DNA of 64,000 nt from Candidatus Thorarchaeota archaeon. Its GTDB lineage: Archaea; Asgardarchaeota; Thorarchaeia; Thorarchaeales; Thorarchaeaceae. The notes under the pieces are model-generated. The model was not told where the DNA came from and did not search any database. It saw only the letters and a list, made by a program, of their open reading frames with translations. Within the stretch, counting starts at the first letter, position 1. Each line of letters starts with the position of its first letter. Positions 1 through 9,741 of the stretch are shown one piece after another. The translations under genes were made by a program, and so were the position numbers. The stretch is from positions 32,001 to 96,000 of the forward strand of contig JAGSHN010000027.1 in the NCBI GenBank assembly GCA_029855935.1, written 5' to 3'.

Positions 1-1124
1 TCGTCGCCCACGATTCTGATGACCTCTGAGATTGTCTGATCCTGATAGTAGTCTGCCGCCAGGTCGATCGGGTTGCCCAGTCCCGTACCGACGTCGGCAA
101 TCAGCGGGTCGAGACGTTCAACGGTCTCCTCTGAGGTGCGTGGCACCCTAAGCCCGTTCTCGACACAGAGGTCAGAGTAGACGACACTGGCGCCTCCACT
201 GATGGCCACCATGCCCACGCGGTTTGACGCAGGTGGTGGACACTGGGAGAAGACGCTGAGTGTGGCCACAAGATCCTCCACGCTTGTGACCGTCACTACA
301 TTGGCCTGTCTGAAGGCGGCGTTCCATATCTCAGAACTGCCAGCAAGGGCACCTGTATGAGAGGATGCTGCGCGAGAACCCTCCTCAGTCCGTCCGCCCT
401 TCAGAACAACAAGCGGCTTCTTCTCCGTGAGCCGCATCATCGCATCAAGAAGTGCTCGACCGTCATTCGTACCCTCTATGTATGCGCCAACAACGCTCGT
501 TTCATCATCATCCGCAAAGTAGTCGACTATCTCGGGAGCAGTGATGTCGATCTGATTCCCGAAGCTGAACAGCTTACTGAAGCCCACGCCTGACAGGGCG
601 CCAGCTGTGTAGACAGCGATGGCAATTCCGCCGGACTGGGAGAGAAATCCGACCGGGCCTATGCTCCGCTCTGCGGCCGGCATGAATGCGAAGCCAAGAC
701 GGGGATGGCAGAGTCCCATGCAGTTCGGCCCAAGGACCCGCATCGGAAGAGAGTGGACGAGCTCCCTCAGCTCCTGCTCACGTCGGCGACCCTCCTCCGT
801 TCCAAGCTCTGAGTATCCGCTTGTGAATATGGTTGCGCCCCTCGCCCCTTTCCTCGCTGCCTTCTCGATGACCTCCGGGACATACCGATTCGGCACTGAA
901 ACAATGACGTAGTCGATGTTGTCTGGAACATCGTCGAGGTCGCGATATATCTTGTGACCAAGCACCTCGCCCTCGCTCCTCGACACGAGCCAGACCTTGA
1001 GGTCGTGCTCCCACTGCAGCATAGAATGGGGCCAATAGTAGCCCATCTTGGCGCTCACTCCGACGATCGCGACCGAGGATATGTCCAGCATCTCACTGAT
1101 TGAGGGTCTGTCGATGGGGGTCAT
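1..1124 (-). CDS. Acetate/acyl-CoA ligase (NDP-forming) alpha subunit, CoA-binding protein; 3' end runs off the window
   Basis: Not in the ORF track because it is open at the window edge. Manual translation gives MTPIDRPSISEMLDISSVAIVGVS...IYRDLDDVPDNIDYVIVSVP...IFTSGYSELG...RVLGPNCMG...VGFLSQSGG, which are ACD-alpha motifs. TTAAAT TATA-like box about 30 nt upstream of ATG 1124; alternative ATGs at 1151 and 1154. Confidence 0.9.
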   Translation of the reverse strand, partial: MTPIDRPSISEMLDISSVAIVGVSAKMGYYWPHSMLQWEHDLKVWLVSRSEGEVLGHKIYRDLDDVPDNIDYVIVSVPNRYVPEVIEKAARKGARGATIFTSGYSELGTEEGRRREQELRELVHSLPMRVLGPNCMGLCHPRLGFAFMPAAERSIGPVGFLSQSGGIAIAVYTAGALSGVGFSKLFSFGNQIDITAPEIVDYFADDDETSVVGAYIEGTNDGRALLDAMMRLTEKKPLVVLKGGRTEEGSRAASSHTGALAGSSEIWNAAFRQANVVTVTSVEDLVATLSVFSQCPPPASNRVGMVAISGGASVVYSDLCVENGLRVPRTSEETVERLDPLIADVGTGLGNPIDLAADYYQDQTISEVIRIVGD

Positions 1125-1289
1125 CGGTGGGGCGCCGAAGCCCGGGCCCATCATTTAAGAGTAGTGGGCCCCACCGCCACGTTCAGACGGTCAATCCGAA
1201 AGTGTTTAATTCGGCCGGAAGACGCAAGTCCTGCAAGACTCTCCTCCACAATCGACCTCAGATGGAGTCTAGTCACAGGAGACAGTCCA

Positions 1290-3116
1290 ATGCGTGCATA
1301 TCTTGACGCAAACTTCTTCATCAGCGGATTTAGCGACAGGCCAAAGGACGTCCACATCGTCAAAGAGGCAGCGGACAGAGTCGGAATCGAACTATGGGTC
1401 ACAAGACAGGTCTTCCACGAGCTCAGATGGTACCTCCGACGAGAGGTCGAGAAGGCCATCAAGATTGATGAGACACTGAACAAGGAGGTCAAGGAGTTCG
1501 TCCAGAGCATCAAGAGGCCTGAGTCCTCACTGCCACAGATGAACGACATGTCTCTGGTCCTCGCTGCAATGCGCGCGAAGGATGCCAAGATTGTCACAAG
1601 TGATCTCAAGCTGCTGAACACGATACAGGACTTGAATGTCGATGTCGAGGGAATAGTGGGCTCTGCATTCGTACTTGAGCTCATTGAGTCGCTTGATGAC
1701 GAGAAGCTGCGTCAGCAGCTCGTACCCATTCGTGAACGCATCTACTCTGAGGAGGTCAGGTACAGCATCGCGCGAAGAGAGGCCTACGACCCCGTCACAA
1801 GGATCAGGATCATCGAGGAACACGCGCTCCGAGTGATAAGGACTGTCAAGCGCCCTGTCGAGAAGATGGACAAGAAACTCTCGCGTGGCCAGCCCCTGTT
1901 CGTGTTCGACTTTCTTGAGGAGATAAAAGCGGGCATTCCCGGTATGTTTGAGGACTTTAGAGCCGGCAAGTACGAGACGCTGGCCCAAGAGATTGAGGCG
2001 GTCCAGAACGAGATTGAGAGGATGCTCATAGTCTCAACATTGACAGAGGACAGTGAGACCCATCAGGCTCTTGTCCAACATGCCTCCGACCTGACGCTGT
2101 TTCTCTACTACCTTGAGATGATATGCCACCTCTATCGTGGCACTCGCGAGGGAGTGGAGGATGCGGTCGCCATCAGCGAAGAGGCATTTCGTCTGCTGAT
2201 GTTTGCCTCCGTCAAAGACGAGGAGCTGAAGGCCTCTGTCTTCTTCCTCAGAATACTGCTGGGTCTGATCAAGCAGGACTACCAAGACATCGACTACTTC
2301 TACTCGCTGTACGAGAGCCTGCTTGACAGGGCTGGCCTCGAACAGATGAAGGAGACATCCGAGGGGCTCTACGTGACGATGCAGATCCTGCGTAAGTTCA
2401 TGGGAGGCTTCTCCATCGTCAAGACCAAGCTGAGATATCCCAGTGTCACGGTGGCAATGCTCAACGACATCGCAAAGTACTACATCCAGTTCGAGGAACA
2501 CGACGCCGCATGGCAGCTCGCGGTCAATGCATACAAGATTGGCGTGGCCTACGGAAAGGAGGACGGCGCTCTACAGTCGTTCCTCATGCTCTACAAGATC
2601 AGTGCGTCGGCAGGGGATAGATACAATCCGGCTCTTGAGAAGATTGCAGAGCACGCCCTCAAGACGTTCGTGAAGAACGGCTGGGGTACGAGCGAGATAA
2701 CACCAATACTGAACGAGATACAGGGCAACCCCAACCCGATACCCAAGATGCCCACAGGCAAGCCCACGCTTGTCGACAAACTACCAGAAGAGCTGCGAGG
2801 GTGGATGGATGTCCTTCTGACGCGAAGAATAGGCGATGAAGATGTCCTCGTCGTGCGCAATGCTCCGCTTCAGGCACGGATGGGAATCGTCATCACCGAC
2901 GAACCAGAGCTGAAAAAGCTACGCACCGGCCACAAGATCGCATTGATTGGCGGCAAGTTCCTGCTTGAGGAGCCGGACAAGGATACAATATCTAAGTACC
3001 GTGTGATGCTACTGATAAGGCCTGACGAGAATGCGGAGATAACCTACGAGGGCGAGTACGGGTTCAGCAGGATGCGTGTGACTCGTCCTGAGGTCAGTGA
3101 GGCAGCCACTGAGTGA
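1290..3116 (+). CDS. PIN-domain (predicted ribonuclease) protein with a long helical/TPR-like middle and a beta-rich C-terminus
   Basis: ATG 1290 gives MRAYLDANFFI...VTRQVFHEL...NDMSLVLAA...IVTSDLKL, matching the acidic PIN motifs. Confidence 0.75.
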   Translation: MRAYLDANFFISGFSDRPKDVHIVKEAADRVGIELWVTRQVFHELRWYLRREVEKAIKIDETLNKEVKEFVQSIKRPESSLPQMNDMSLVLAAMRAKDAKIVTSDLKLLNTIQDLNVDVEGIVGSAFVLELIESLDDEKLRQQLVPIRERIYSEEVRYSIARREAYDPVTRIRIIEEHALRVIRTVKRPVEKMDKKLSRGQPLFVFDFLEEIKAGIPGMFEDFRAGKYETLAQEIEAVQNEIERMLIVSTLTEDSETHQALVQHASDLTLFLYYLEMICHLYRGTREGVEDAVAISEEAFRLLMFASVKDEELKASVFFLRILLGLIKQDYQDIDYFYSLYESLLDRAGLEQMKETSEGLYVTMQILRKFMGGFSIVKTKLRYPSVTVAMLNDIAKYYIQFEEHDAAWQLAVNAYKIGVAYGKEDGALQSFLMLYKISASAGDRYNPALEKIAEHALKTFVKNGWGTSEITPILNEIQGNPNPIPKMPTGKPTLVDKLPEELRGWMDVLLTRRIGDEDVLVVRNAPLQARMGIVITDEPELKKLRTGHKIALIGGKFLLEEPDKDTISKYRVMLLIRPDENAEITYEGEYGFSRMRVTRPEVSEAATE

Positions 3117-3622
3117 GCAGGAATACCAATGAATCACGACACGTTGCGACAACGAACGAGGAGAGATCACTGGGAAGTGAGGGACTGATGATACCCGAGC
3201 TGGCAGTCCTATTGGTTGGGACTGGACTTGCTGCTGCGTTGAACTACTACGTGAACCGCGCGCCCGGCAGCACGCCAGAGGACTTTGCTGTAGGACCAGA
3301 GGAGCTTGATTTGTCCTGTGACTGTTGCCTCGGCCCCCTCATCATTCCGCTGATCGTAGTGGCAGTCTATGCGACCTCTTCGACCTCGTTCGAGAATCGC
3401 TGGGTCATCTACCTTCTCGGTGCAACGGCCTTCTTTGTCGTCCTGGTCGCAGGAGTGCTGGGCCGCTATCGCCGTCGTAGAGAGTGGGCAGAGATGGCAA
3501 GTCTGCTGGAGAGAGTAATTCCGACCGAGTATGCGGCACTGGGCGGCAACACAACAACATACCGACTCGATATCGGTGACGACGAGAACAACGACGAGGA
3601 GGACTCCGGCGATTGGATTTGA
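3113..3622 (+). CDS. Small membrane protein (about 3 TM) with an acidic C-terminal tail
   Basis: GTGA overlap with the PIN gene stop (alternative ATG 3188); three hydrophobic segments; tail DDENNDEEDSGDWI. Confidence 0.7.
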   Translation: MSRNTNESRHVATTNEERSLGSEGLMIPELAVLLVGTGLAAALNYYVNRAPGSTPEDFAVGPEELDLSCDCCLGPLIIPLIVVAVYATSSTSFENRWVIYLLGATAFFVVLVAGVLGRYRRRREWAEMASLLERVIPTEYAALGGNTTTYRLDIGDDENNDEEDSGDWI

Positions 3623-3722
3623 CAAGATGGCGGGATGATGATTGCTAACTCGTTGGCGACACGCGATAGGCCCAGTGGCAACGGGCAGCATATGACTGCT
3701 GTGCCGTTGGAGACCGCCGAGA

Positions 3723-4079
3723 TCATCCAATCTCGACCTTGTCCTCCTTGACATTCGGCATCTTGATTGCCATTGCCAGCGCGTCCTTGGTTGCCGTGGC
3801 CTCGAACCAGTGTATCTCGCCACGCTCGACAAGGATAACGTCGCCAGGACCAAGGTCGTAGAGCGTGTCAATGACACCGAACTGCATCTCAGTCAGGGCT
3901 ATGAACAGCTCGTCGAGAGAATTGTGAGTGTGGGCTCTCGTTCTTCCACCAGCAGGAACACGCACAAGAATCGCACCTGCAGTGTGGAGTGGCTCCGGGA
4001 ACTCCAAGTCCGCCAGATAGTATGCGACATATCCAGGACGTTTGACCGGTTCTGTCGCTGACACTAGGTATAGCTTCAC
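3723..4079 (-). CDS. Cupin-domain protein
   Basis: HTHNSLDELF and PGDVILVERGEIHWF match cupin motifs 1 and 2. Confidence 0.85.
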   Translation of the reverse strand: MKLYLVSATEPVKRPGYVAYYLADLEFPEPLHTAGAILVRVPAGGRTRAHTHNSLDELFIALTEMQFGVIDTLYDLGPGDVILVERGEIHWFEATATKDALAMAIKMPNVKEDKVEIG

Positions 4080-4283
4080 CGTCTCCAGACCTCACTTGCC
4101 CTCCAGTGACGTAGCTCACGGCGATATTTAAGCAGCGGGATTGGGGAGAGGGCCCTACTGCGCAGCCGGACCGCGAGGGCGATCTGTGTCTCGGGGCCCA
4201 GCCTCGCGATTGGACTTGCCTCAACGTCAGGCTAATTAGAGCGCCGGGCCCGACAGGTCAAATTGTCGGAGATGAAGTGAGCC

Positions 4284-4805
4284 ATGCCACGCGTGATGAT
4301 CTCAGTGATTGGCGGTTCTGAGGTTGACGAAATGACCCTCAGTCTCGCAGAGGAAACGGGAGCGGCGATAGCCAGAAGGGGCGCTGTGCTGGTCTGTGGA
4401 GGCCTCGGTGGGGTGATGGAGGCTGCGTGCAGAGGGGCTAAGAGAGAGGGTGGTCTCACCGTCGGCATCTTGCCAACAGAGTATCATGAACACGCCAACC
4501 CGTATGTCGACATCGCCATTCCAACGGGACTCGGCTACGCGCGCAACTTCCTCGTTGCACGGTCCGGGATGGGAGTCATTGCTCTTGGCGGTGCGGCCGG
4601 GACGCTCAGTGAGATGGCGATTGCGTGGTTCTCAGACAGGCCTATCGCGGCAATCGTCCCCTCCGGGGGGTGGGCGGCACGCCTTGCGGGAGAGAGGATT
4701 GATGGACGCCGACCTGACACGGTGTACGCAGCGAAGACCGCCGATGATGCAGTGGACTACATCTTGAGGACCATCAGAAACCGGCACGGGGTGGACTTGT
4801 CTTGA
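4284..4805 (+). CDS. TIGR00725 / LOG-family Rossmann-fold protein
   Basis: ISVIGG, LVCGGLGGVMEAACRGA, TVGILP, TGLGYARN, GGAAGTLSE. Confidence 0.9.
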   Translation: MPRVMISVIGGSEVDEMTLSLAEETGAAIARRGAVLVCGGLGGVMEAACRGAKREGGLTVGILPTEYHEHANPYVDIAIPTGLGYARNFLVARSGMGVIALGGAAGTLSEMAIAWFSDRPIAAIVPSGGWAARLAGERIDGRRPDTVYAAKTADDAVDYILRTIRNRHGVDLS

Positions 4806-5641
4806 ATAGCAACATCCTCGACGAACTCGTCCGTGGAGAGAGGAATCTCGGTGAGGCCGAGGCTCTGGACCTGATAGATGAGCTGAGTGGTCTGTACAAG
4901 AAACTGGACAATGTCGTCGAAATCCCTGACAGTGGCATTGTGTTTGTCGGCGACCTCCACGGAGAGCTCGAACAGGCACAGAAGGTAGCAAGGCGATACA
5001 TACGGAGGTATCACGTGGTGTTTCTCGGAGACTACGGCGATCGTGGTCCGAAACAAGTTGAGACCGTCAATCTCGTTGTGGCAATGGCAGTGACCCATCC
5101 CGACCGGGTGACTATGCTGCGTGGTAATCACGAGACGAAGAGCGTGGCCGAGTGGTACGGCCTCTTCGGTGCGGTCTCCGAGGCCTACTCAAGGGAGGTC
5201 TTCGAGGAATACTGCCGCGCGTTCGAGACCCTGCCGCTGGCGGCGATAAATAGCAGGGGAGTGTTCTGCTGCCACGGTGGGGTGCCAGAGGGTGTGACAT
5301 CACTTGCGGACCTTATGGGGGTCAACAGATTCCAGGTCGATCCCACGGACCCCATCGTTCTGCAGATTCTGTGGAACGACCCCAGAGAGGGCGACTTCGC
5401 CTTTATGCAGAACCTGCGCGGAGGCGAGAGCAGATACTTCGGCAGGATGGCCTTTGAGGAGTTCAGGAGAAACCTCGGGATTGACCTGATCGTCCGTGCT
5501 CACGAGGTCCATCCGAACGGCTACATCTGGCTGTTCGACAACCATCTACTCTCAGTGTTCAGTGCCACATATCTTGGCCGTGTGAGTCCAAAGGTTGCGG
5601 TCATTGACAAGAAGGGGCAGATCAAGTTGGACAATCTGTGA
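4802..5641 (+). CDS. Ser/Thr protein phosphatase, PPP family (PP1/PP2A-like)
   Basis: GDLHG, GDYGDRG, LRGNHE, HGG, LWNDP, RAHE, SVFSA; TTG start overlaps the upstream stop. Confidence 0.9.
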   Translation: MNSNILDELVRGERNLGEAEALDLIDELSGLYKKLDNVVEIPDSGIVFVGDLHGELEQAQKVARRYIRRYHVVFLGDYGDRGPKQVETVNLVVAMAVTHPDRVTMLRGNHETKSVAEWYGLFGAVSEAYSREVFEEYCRAFETLPLAAINSRGVFCCHGGVPEGVTSLADLMGVNRFQVDPTDPIVLQILWNDPREGDFAFMQNLRGGESRYFGRMAFEEFRRNLGIDLIVRAHEVHPNGYIWLFDNHLLSVFSATYLGRVSPKVAVIDKKGQIKLDNL

Positions 5642-5730
5642 GAGGTATGTCGTGAGTCACGTGTAAGGACTGATGAGAGTCGTGGGAGGGGAAGGATTTA
5701 TTCAGTCGTCAGTGAAGGGAAACGAACTCT

Positions 5731-8553
5731 ATGAGCGGTAAGATCATCCTGATTCCACACACCCACTGGGACAGAGAGTGGTACGAGCCCTTTCAGAGGT
5801 TCCGAGCAAGGCTCGTTCGGCTCATAGATGACCTTCTCGACATTCTCCGGACTCAGGACTACAGATTCATGCTCGACGGTCAGACTGTCATCATAGAGGA
5901 CTATGCAGAGATTCGGCCCAATAGAGTCGAGGAACTACTCCAAGAGGTCCGTGCCGGTCGGGTGGCAATTGGCCCATGGTACGTCCTCGCCGATGAGTGG
6001 CTCGTCGGGGGAGAGAGCCTCATTCGAAATCTGGAGTACAGCTACTCGCTTGCCCAACGGCTCGATATCCCGTTGATGGGAGCCGCGTACCTCCCTGACC
6101 AGTTCGGTCACACAAGCGCCATGCCTCAGATCTTGGCGGACCTGACATCACTGGACAGCGTTGTTCTGTGGAGAGGTGTTCCAAGAGACATCCTCACCGT
6201 CCCGTTTGTCTGGAGATCTCACCGTGAATCTGAGGCCAGCGTTCTTGGCGTCTATATGCCCAATGGCTATGGGAACGTCGCCCGTCTTCCAGAGGACTAT
6301 GAGGAGTTCAAGGAACGAGTCCACGAGACTGTTGGAGATCTGCGACCGTTCTCTCCCGTCCCCGTCTATCAGCTGATGAACGGGTCGGACCATCTGACGC
6401 CACAGGCCTTTGTGGCCTCGCACGTTGAGGCCCTGAGAGAGGAGGGCGTTGACATCACTCTCGGTAGCGTCGAGGACTTCGTGCTTGCTCTGAGAGAGGC
6501 CATCGAGTCCGAGGGCTACACTCCGCCCTCATTCAGTGGCGAGATGCGCTCTCCTGCCAGAGCACCGCTACTGCAGGACACGTACTCAGCACGGATGTGG
6601 ATCAAACTGTGGAACCAGCGTGTCGAGGACCTCCTGTGCAGGGAGGCCGAGCCACTCAGCACGTACCTGTGGCTCTATCTCGAACGAGAATTTCCCTCCC
6701 AGCACCTGCTGACGGCGTGGAAGTGGCTCCTCAGAAATCACCCCCACGACTCAATCTGCGGGTGCTCTATCGACAGAACGCACGAGGAGATGCGGACGCG
6801 ATTCTCATGGGCTGAGAGTATCGCTGAGAGCATCATCGACAGTGCCATCGAGGAACTGACGGAGGCATCGCCGACCTCGGACACTTCCTCCATCCTGGTG
6901 TTCAATCCCACCAATGTCGATACCGAGCCGCTGTACGTCGAGTTCACACAGCCTCAGGAGGTACGTGTGAGGGGAGTTAGAGGCCCTGATGGTAGGGTCT
7001 ATCCTGTCCAGAAGATTGTATCGAGCAGCGATGTCTTTATGGACATGACAATTGGTCTCAGAATGGCCCGTATGGGACTGAGGCTGCTCACGGGCAGAAG
7101 GCTCACCAACTTCTACATCAATGGTGCGGAATACTACGATGGTGACAAGGAGGGTCTGCTCGAGCTCCGACTCATCGCTGACATGGAGCCCCTCGGAGAG
7201 TTCGACATAGCAGAGATGAAACAGAGATTCGTCGAGATCATAGAGAGCGGTCGCTACAAGAAGGTGCATCTTGTGGCGAGAAGGCCTACGCAGGTCAGGT
7301 ACGCAGCAGCTCTCCCGCTTCCAGCCCTTGCGTTCTCGGAACTGAGGCCGACAGAAGAGGACCCAGACGCCGATAGCGGATCTCAAGTTGTCACCACCAG
7401 AGACAGGGTGACCAACCAGTTCTATGAGGTCGAGTTCAACCGAGACGGGAGCATCAGCCTGCTCGACAAAGCCAGCGGCCAGCTCTTCGATAGGATGCAC
7501 TTCTTCGAGGACTACGGCGACAGAGGAGACGAGTACACGTGCAGTCAAGTAGGTCCCGAGAGGGCCAAGGTCAAGAGAGTCAGGCGCGAGGTCCTGCTGG
7601 CGGGACCAGCAATTGGCGAGATACATCAGGAACTCGTTGTCGAGGTGTTTGCAGGCCTTGACGAGAGCAGAGAGAAACGGTCGGGTAGGACTCAGCTGAC
7701 CATTGAGAGCACGTTCAGATTCTATGCGGACTCGCCGAGGATAGATGTGGTCACAAGACTCACCAATACCGCCAAGGACCACAGACTCAGAGTGTGCTTC
7801 GACCTCCCATTCAGCTCCAGCACAACAGAGACGTCTACACACTTCGGATATGTTGTCAGGAGGGGCGAGGCCGAAGAGATACCCGGGCCTGAAGAGCTCG
7901 AGAGGACACACGCATCATACCCCGAACACCCGTCACCAGTACAGCCCCAGAAGCGCTTCATCCGTGTCAGCGACGCGGACGGGGTCAACGCCGTGACAGT
8001 CTACAACAAGGGATTGCACGAGGTGGCGCTTGTCAACGGAGAGAGAATCGCACTAACACTTCTGCGGGCCGTCGGCTGGCTCTCGAGGTCGGACTTTCCT
8101 GAGAGGCCGGTACATGCAGGCCCCGCAGAGGAAACACCCGGCGCGCAGGAGTTGGGAGTTGAGTACGTCTTTCACTACGGATTCGCTGTCCATCCTCGCG
8201 AGCTGCCGATTGTGGTCAGTGCCGACTACGGTGATTCGCTTGCAGGACCCATTCTTTCTATCTCTCTCAACAGACGGCGACCTCCGCGCCAGATTCTAGA
8301 GCCCATTGTTCGACTCTCAAACAGGGCGATCAGGATATCGTCACTGCGCGTCCGTGACGACGGACTTGTGGTCACGATGTACAATGTGACCCCCCGACCT
8401 CAAGAGACAGAGATCATCCTACCGCCTGGCCGGTTCGGTCGCATCGAGTCGATTCTCGTCGACGGAACAGTGAGAGAGAGCTTCGACATTGCTGACAACG
8501 CTGTGACACTGAGGTTTACACCAAGACAGATACGTATGTGTCGGCTCGTCTAG
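5731..8553 (+). CDS. Glycoside hydrolase family 38 alpha-mannosidase
   Basis: HTHWDREWY, LDGQT, YLPDQFGH (nucleophile Asp), NGSDH, HPHDSICGCS, TLLRAVGWLSR. Confidence 0.93.
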   Translation: MSGKIILIPHTHWDREWYEPFQRFRARLVRLIDDLLDILRTQDYRFMLDGQTVIIEDYAEIRPNRVEELLQEVRAGRVAIGPWYVLADEWLVGGESLIRNLEYSYSLAQRLDIPLMGAAYLPDQFGHTSAMPQILADLTSLDSVVLWRGVPRDILTVPFVWRSHRESEASVLGVYMPNGYGNVARLPEDYEEFKERVHETVGDLRPFSPVPVYQLMNGSDHLTPQAFVASHVEALREEGVDITLGSVEDFVLALREAIESEGYTPPSFSGEMRSPARAPLLQDTYSARMWIKLWNQRVEDLLCREAEPLSTYLWLYLEREFPSQHLLTAWKWLLRNHPHDSICGCSIDRTHEEMRTRFSWAESIAESIIDSAIEELTEASPTSDTSSILVFNPTNVDTEPLYVEFTQPQEVRVRGVRGPDGRVYPVQKIVSSSDVFMDMTIGLRMARMGLRLLTGRRLTNFYINGAEYYDGDKEGLLELRLIADMEPLGEFDIAEMKQRFVEIIESGRYKKVHLVARRPTQVRYAAALPLPALAFSELRPTEEDPDADSGSQVVTTRDRVTNQFYEVEFNRDGSISLLDKASGQLFDRMHFFEDYGDRGDEYTCSQVGPERAKVKRVRREVLLAGPAIGEIHQELVVEVFAGLDESREKRSGRTQLTIESTFRFYADSPRIDVVTRLTNTAKDHRLRVCFDLPFSSSTTETSTHFGYVVRRGEAEEIPGPEELERTHASYPEHPSPVQPQKRFIRVSDADGVNAVTVYNKGLHEVALVNGERIALTLLRAVGWLSRSDFPERPVHAGPAEETPGAQELGVEYVFHYGFAVHPRELPIVVSADYGDSLAGPILSISLNRRRPPRQILEPIVRLSNRAIRISSLRVRDDGLVVTMYNVTPRPQETEIILPPGRFGRIESILVDGTVRESFDIADNAVTLRFTPRQIRMCRLV

Positions 8554-8651
8554 CGAGGAGCCTAGACCGCTATGGAGTTACGTTCATAAAGGCTAACCGT
8601 GCGAGAGGAGCAGAGCAGCTCCCAGACTCAACATGGCCGAGATGAAACAGG

Positions 8652-9734
8652 ATGGTTAAGGTCGCTGTGGTGAAGACCACACCCAAGACTGTATTTGACG
8701 ACATTGCGCGTGCGATGGACCTTGCAGAGTATCAGAAGTATATTGACAAGAATGTCGTCACCACGATAAAGCTGAACCTCTCGTGGAGCAAGTTCTTCCC
8801 AGCGTGCTCGACAAACCCCTACATCCTCGACGGTTTTCTCCGCAAGCTGATCAGTGACGGCTACGAGGCGAGAAGGATTCAGGCCGTTGAGAACGAGACG
8901 GTAGTGACCAACATCTATCAGGGTGTCAGAGGGAACAACTGGTATCCCGTCTTCAGGAAACACAGGATACGTTTCCTCCCGCTGATCAAGGCGACCTACG
9001 TGCCTGTCAAGCTGCCGCAGAAGACCATCGCTCTTGAGGACATCTTCGGGGAGGTCATCGCCCCAAAGGAGATCTTTGGCACGAACATCGTCCATCTTCC
9101 CACAGTCAAGACGCACGGTCACAGCCAGATGACAGGAGCGCTCAAAGACTCCTTCGGCCTATACTTGACAAAGAACCGGCATCTTGCCCATCTCAAGATC
9201 CATGAGGTCCTTGTGGACCTGCTACTCCTTCAGAAGACAATCTCCCACTCGGAGTTTGTGCTCACTGATGGGACGATAGTGGGCGACGGTCCCGGCCCAA
9301 GGACGATGATACCGAAGGTCGGCAACATCCTGATAGCAACTCACGACATGGTGGCAGCTGACACTGTTCAGACGCGAATAATGGGCATTGACCAGCGTCT
9401 TGTCCGGAAGCTCCAGATTGCAAAGGAGCTCGGCCTGGGCGAGGCCGACCCGAACAAGATAGAGCTCGTCGGCGATTTCGAGTCCTGGGAGGATCTGCCG
9501 AACTTCCACTTGAGCCCAGGACAGAGCCCGGTCATTGCTTGGAACAGGGGTTTCCTGAGGTTTCCCGGCATGGAGTGGCTTCTGTTCAGGTCACCACTGA
9601 TGTGGCTCCCCACTCAGCTGTCAGCACTCTATCACGACGGGCTGTGGTATCCCTTGAAGGGTAAGAGATGGGTGAATTGGTTCTTCAAGGAAACCGAGTG
9701 GGGGAAGCTGTGGAAGAGCTACTCGGAGGAGTAG
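8652..9734 (+). CDS. DUF362-domain protein without a fused ferredoxin
   Basis: IKLNLS, STNP, LPTVKTH..MTGALKD.FG, DG.IVGDGPGP, D.VAAD...MG. Confidence 0.8.
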   Translation: MVKVAVVKTTPKTVFDDIARAMDLAEYQKYIDKNVVTTIKLNLSWSKFFPACSTNPYILDGFLRKLISDGYEARRIQAVENETVVTNIYQGVRGNNWYPVFRKHRIRFLPLIKATYVPVKLPQKTIALEDIFGEVIAPKEIFGTNIVHLPTVKTHGHSQMTGALKDSFGLYLTKNRHLAHLKIHEVLVDLLLLQKTISHSEFVLTDGTIVGDGPGPRTMIPKVGNILIATHDMVAADTVQTRIMGIDQRLVRKLQIAKELGLGEADPNKIELVGDFESWEDLPNFHLSPGQSPVIAWNRGFLRFPGMEWLLFRSPLMWLPTQLSALYHDGLWYPLKGKRWVNWFFKETEWGKLWKSYSEE

Positions 9735-9741
9735 AGGTCGT

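Noticed and set aside
1164-1289. N-terminal extensions in the ORF track (also 10610, 11335, 30165, 52350, 53979, 56499, 59510)
   Set aside because: Family homology, SD motifs and stop/start overlaps support the downstream starts used in the feature list.
1290-1720. VapBC toxin-antitoxin module
   Set aside because: The PIN domain is part of a protein of about 608 aa, and no antitoxin ORF precedes it.
6805-7911. 368-aa minus-strand ORF (similar cases: 23638-24585, 35050-35820, 42310-43098, 49967-50701, 62352-63392)
   Set aside because: All lie antisense to well-supported genes and give non-protein-like sequence.
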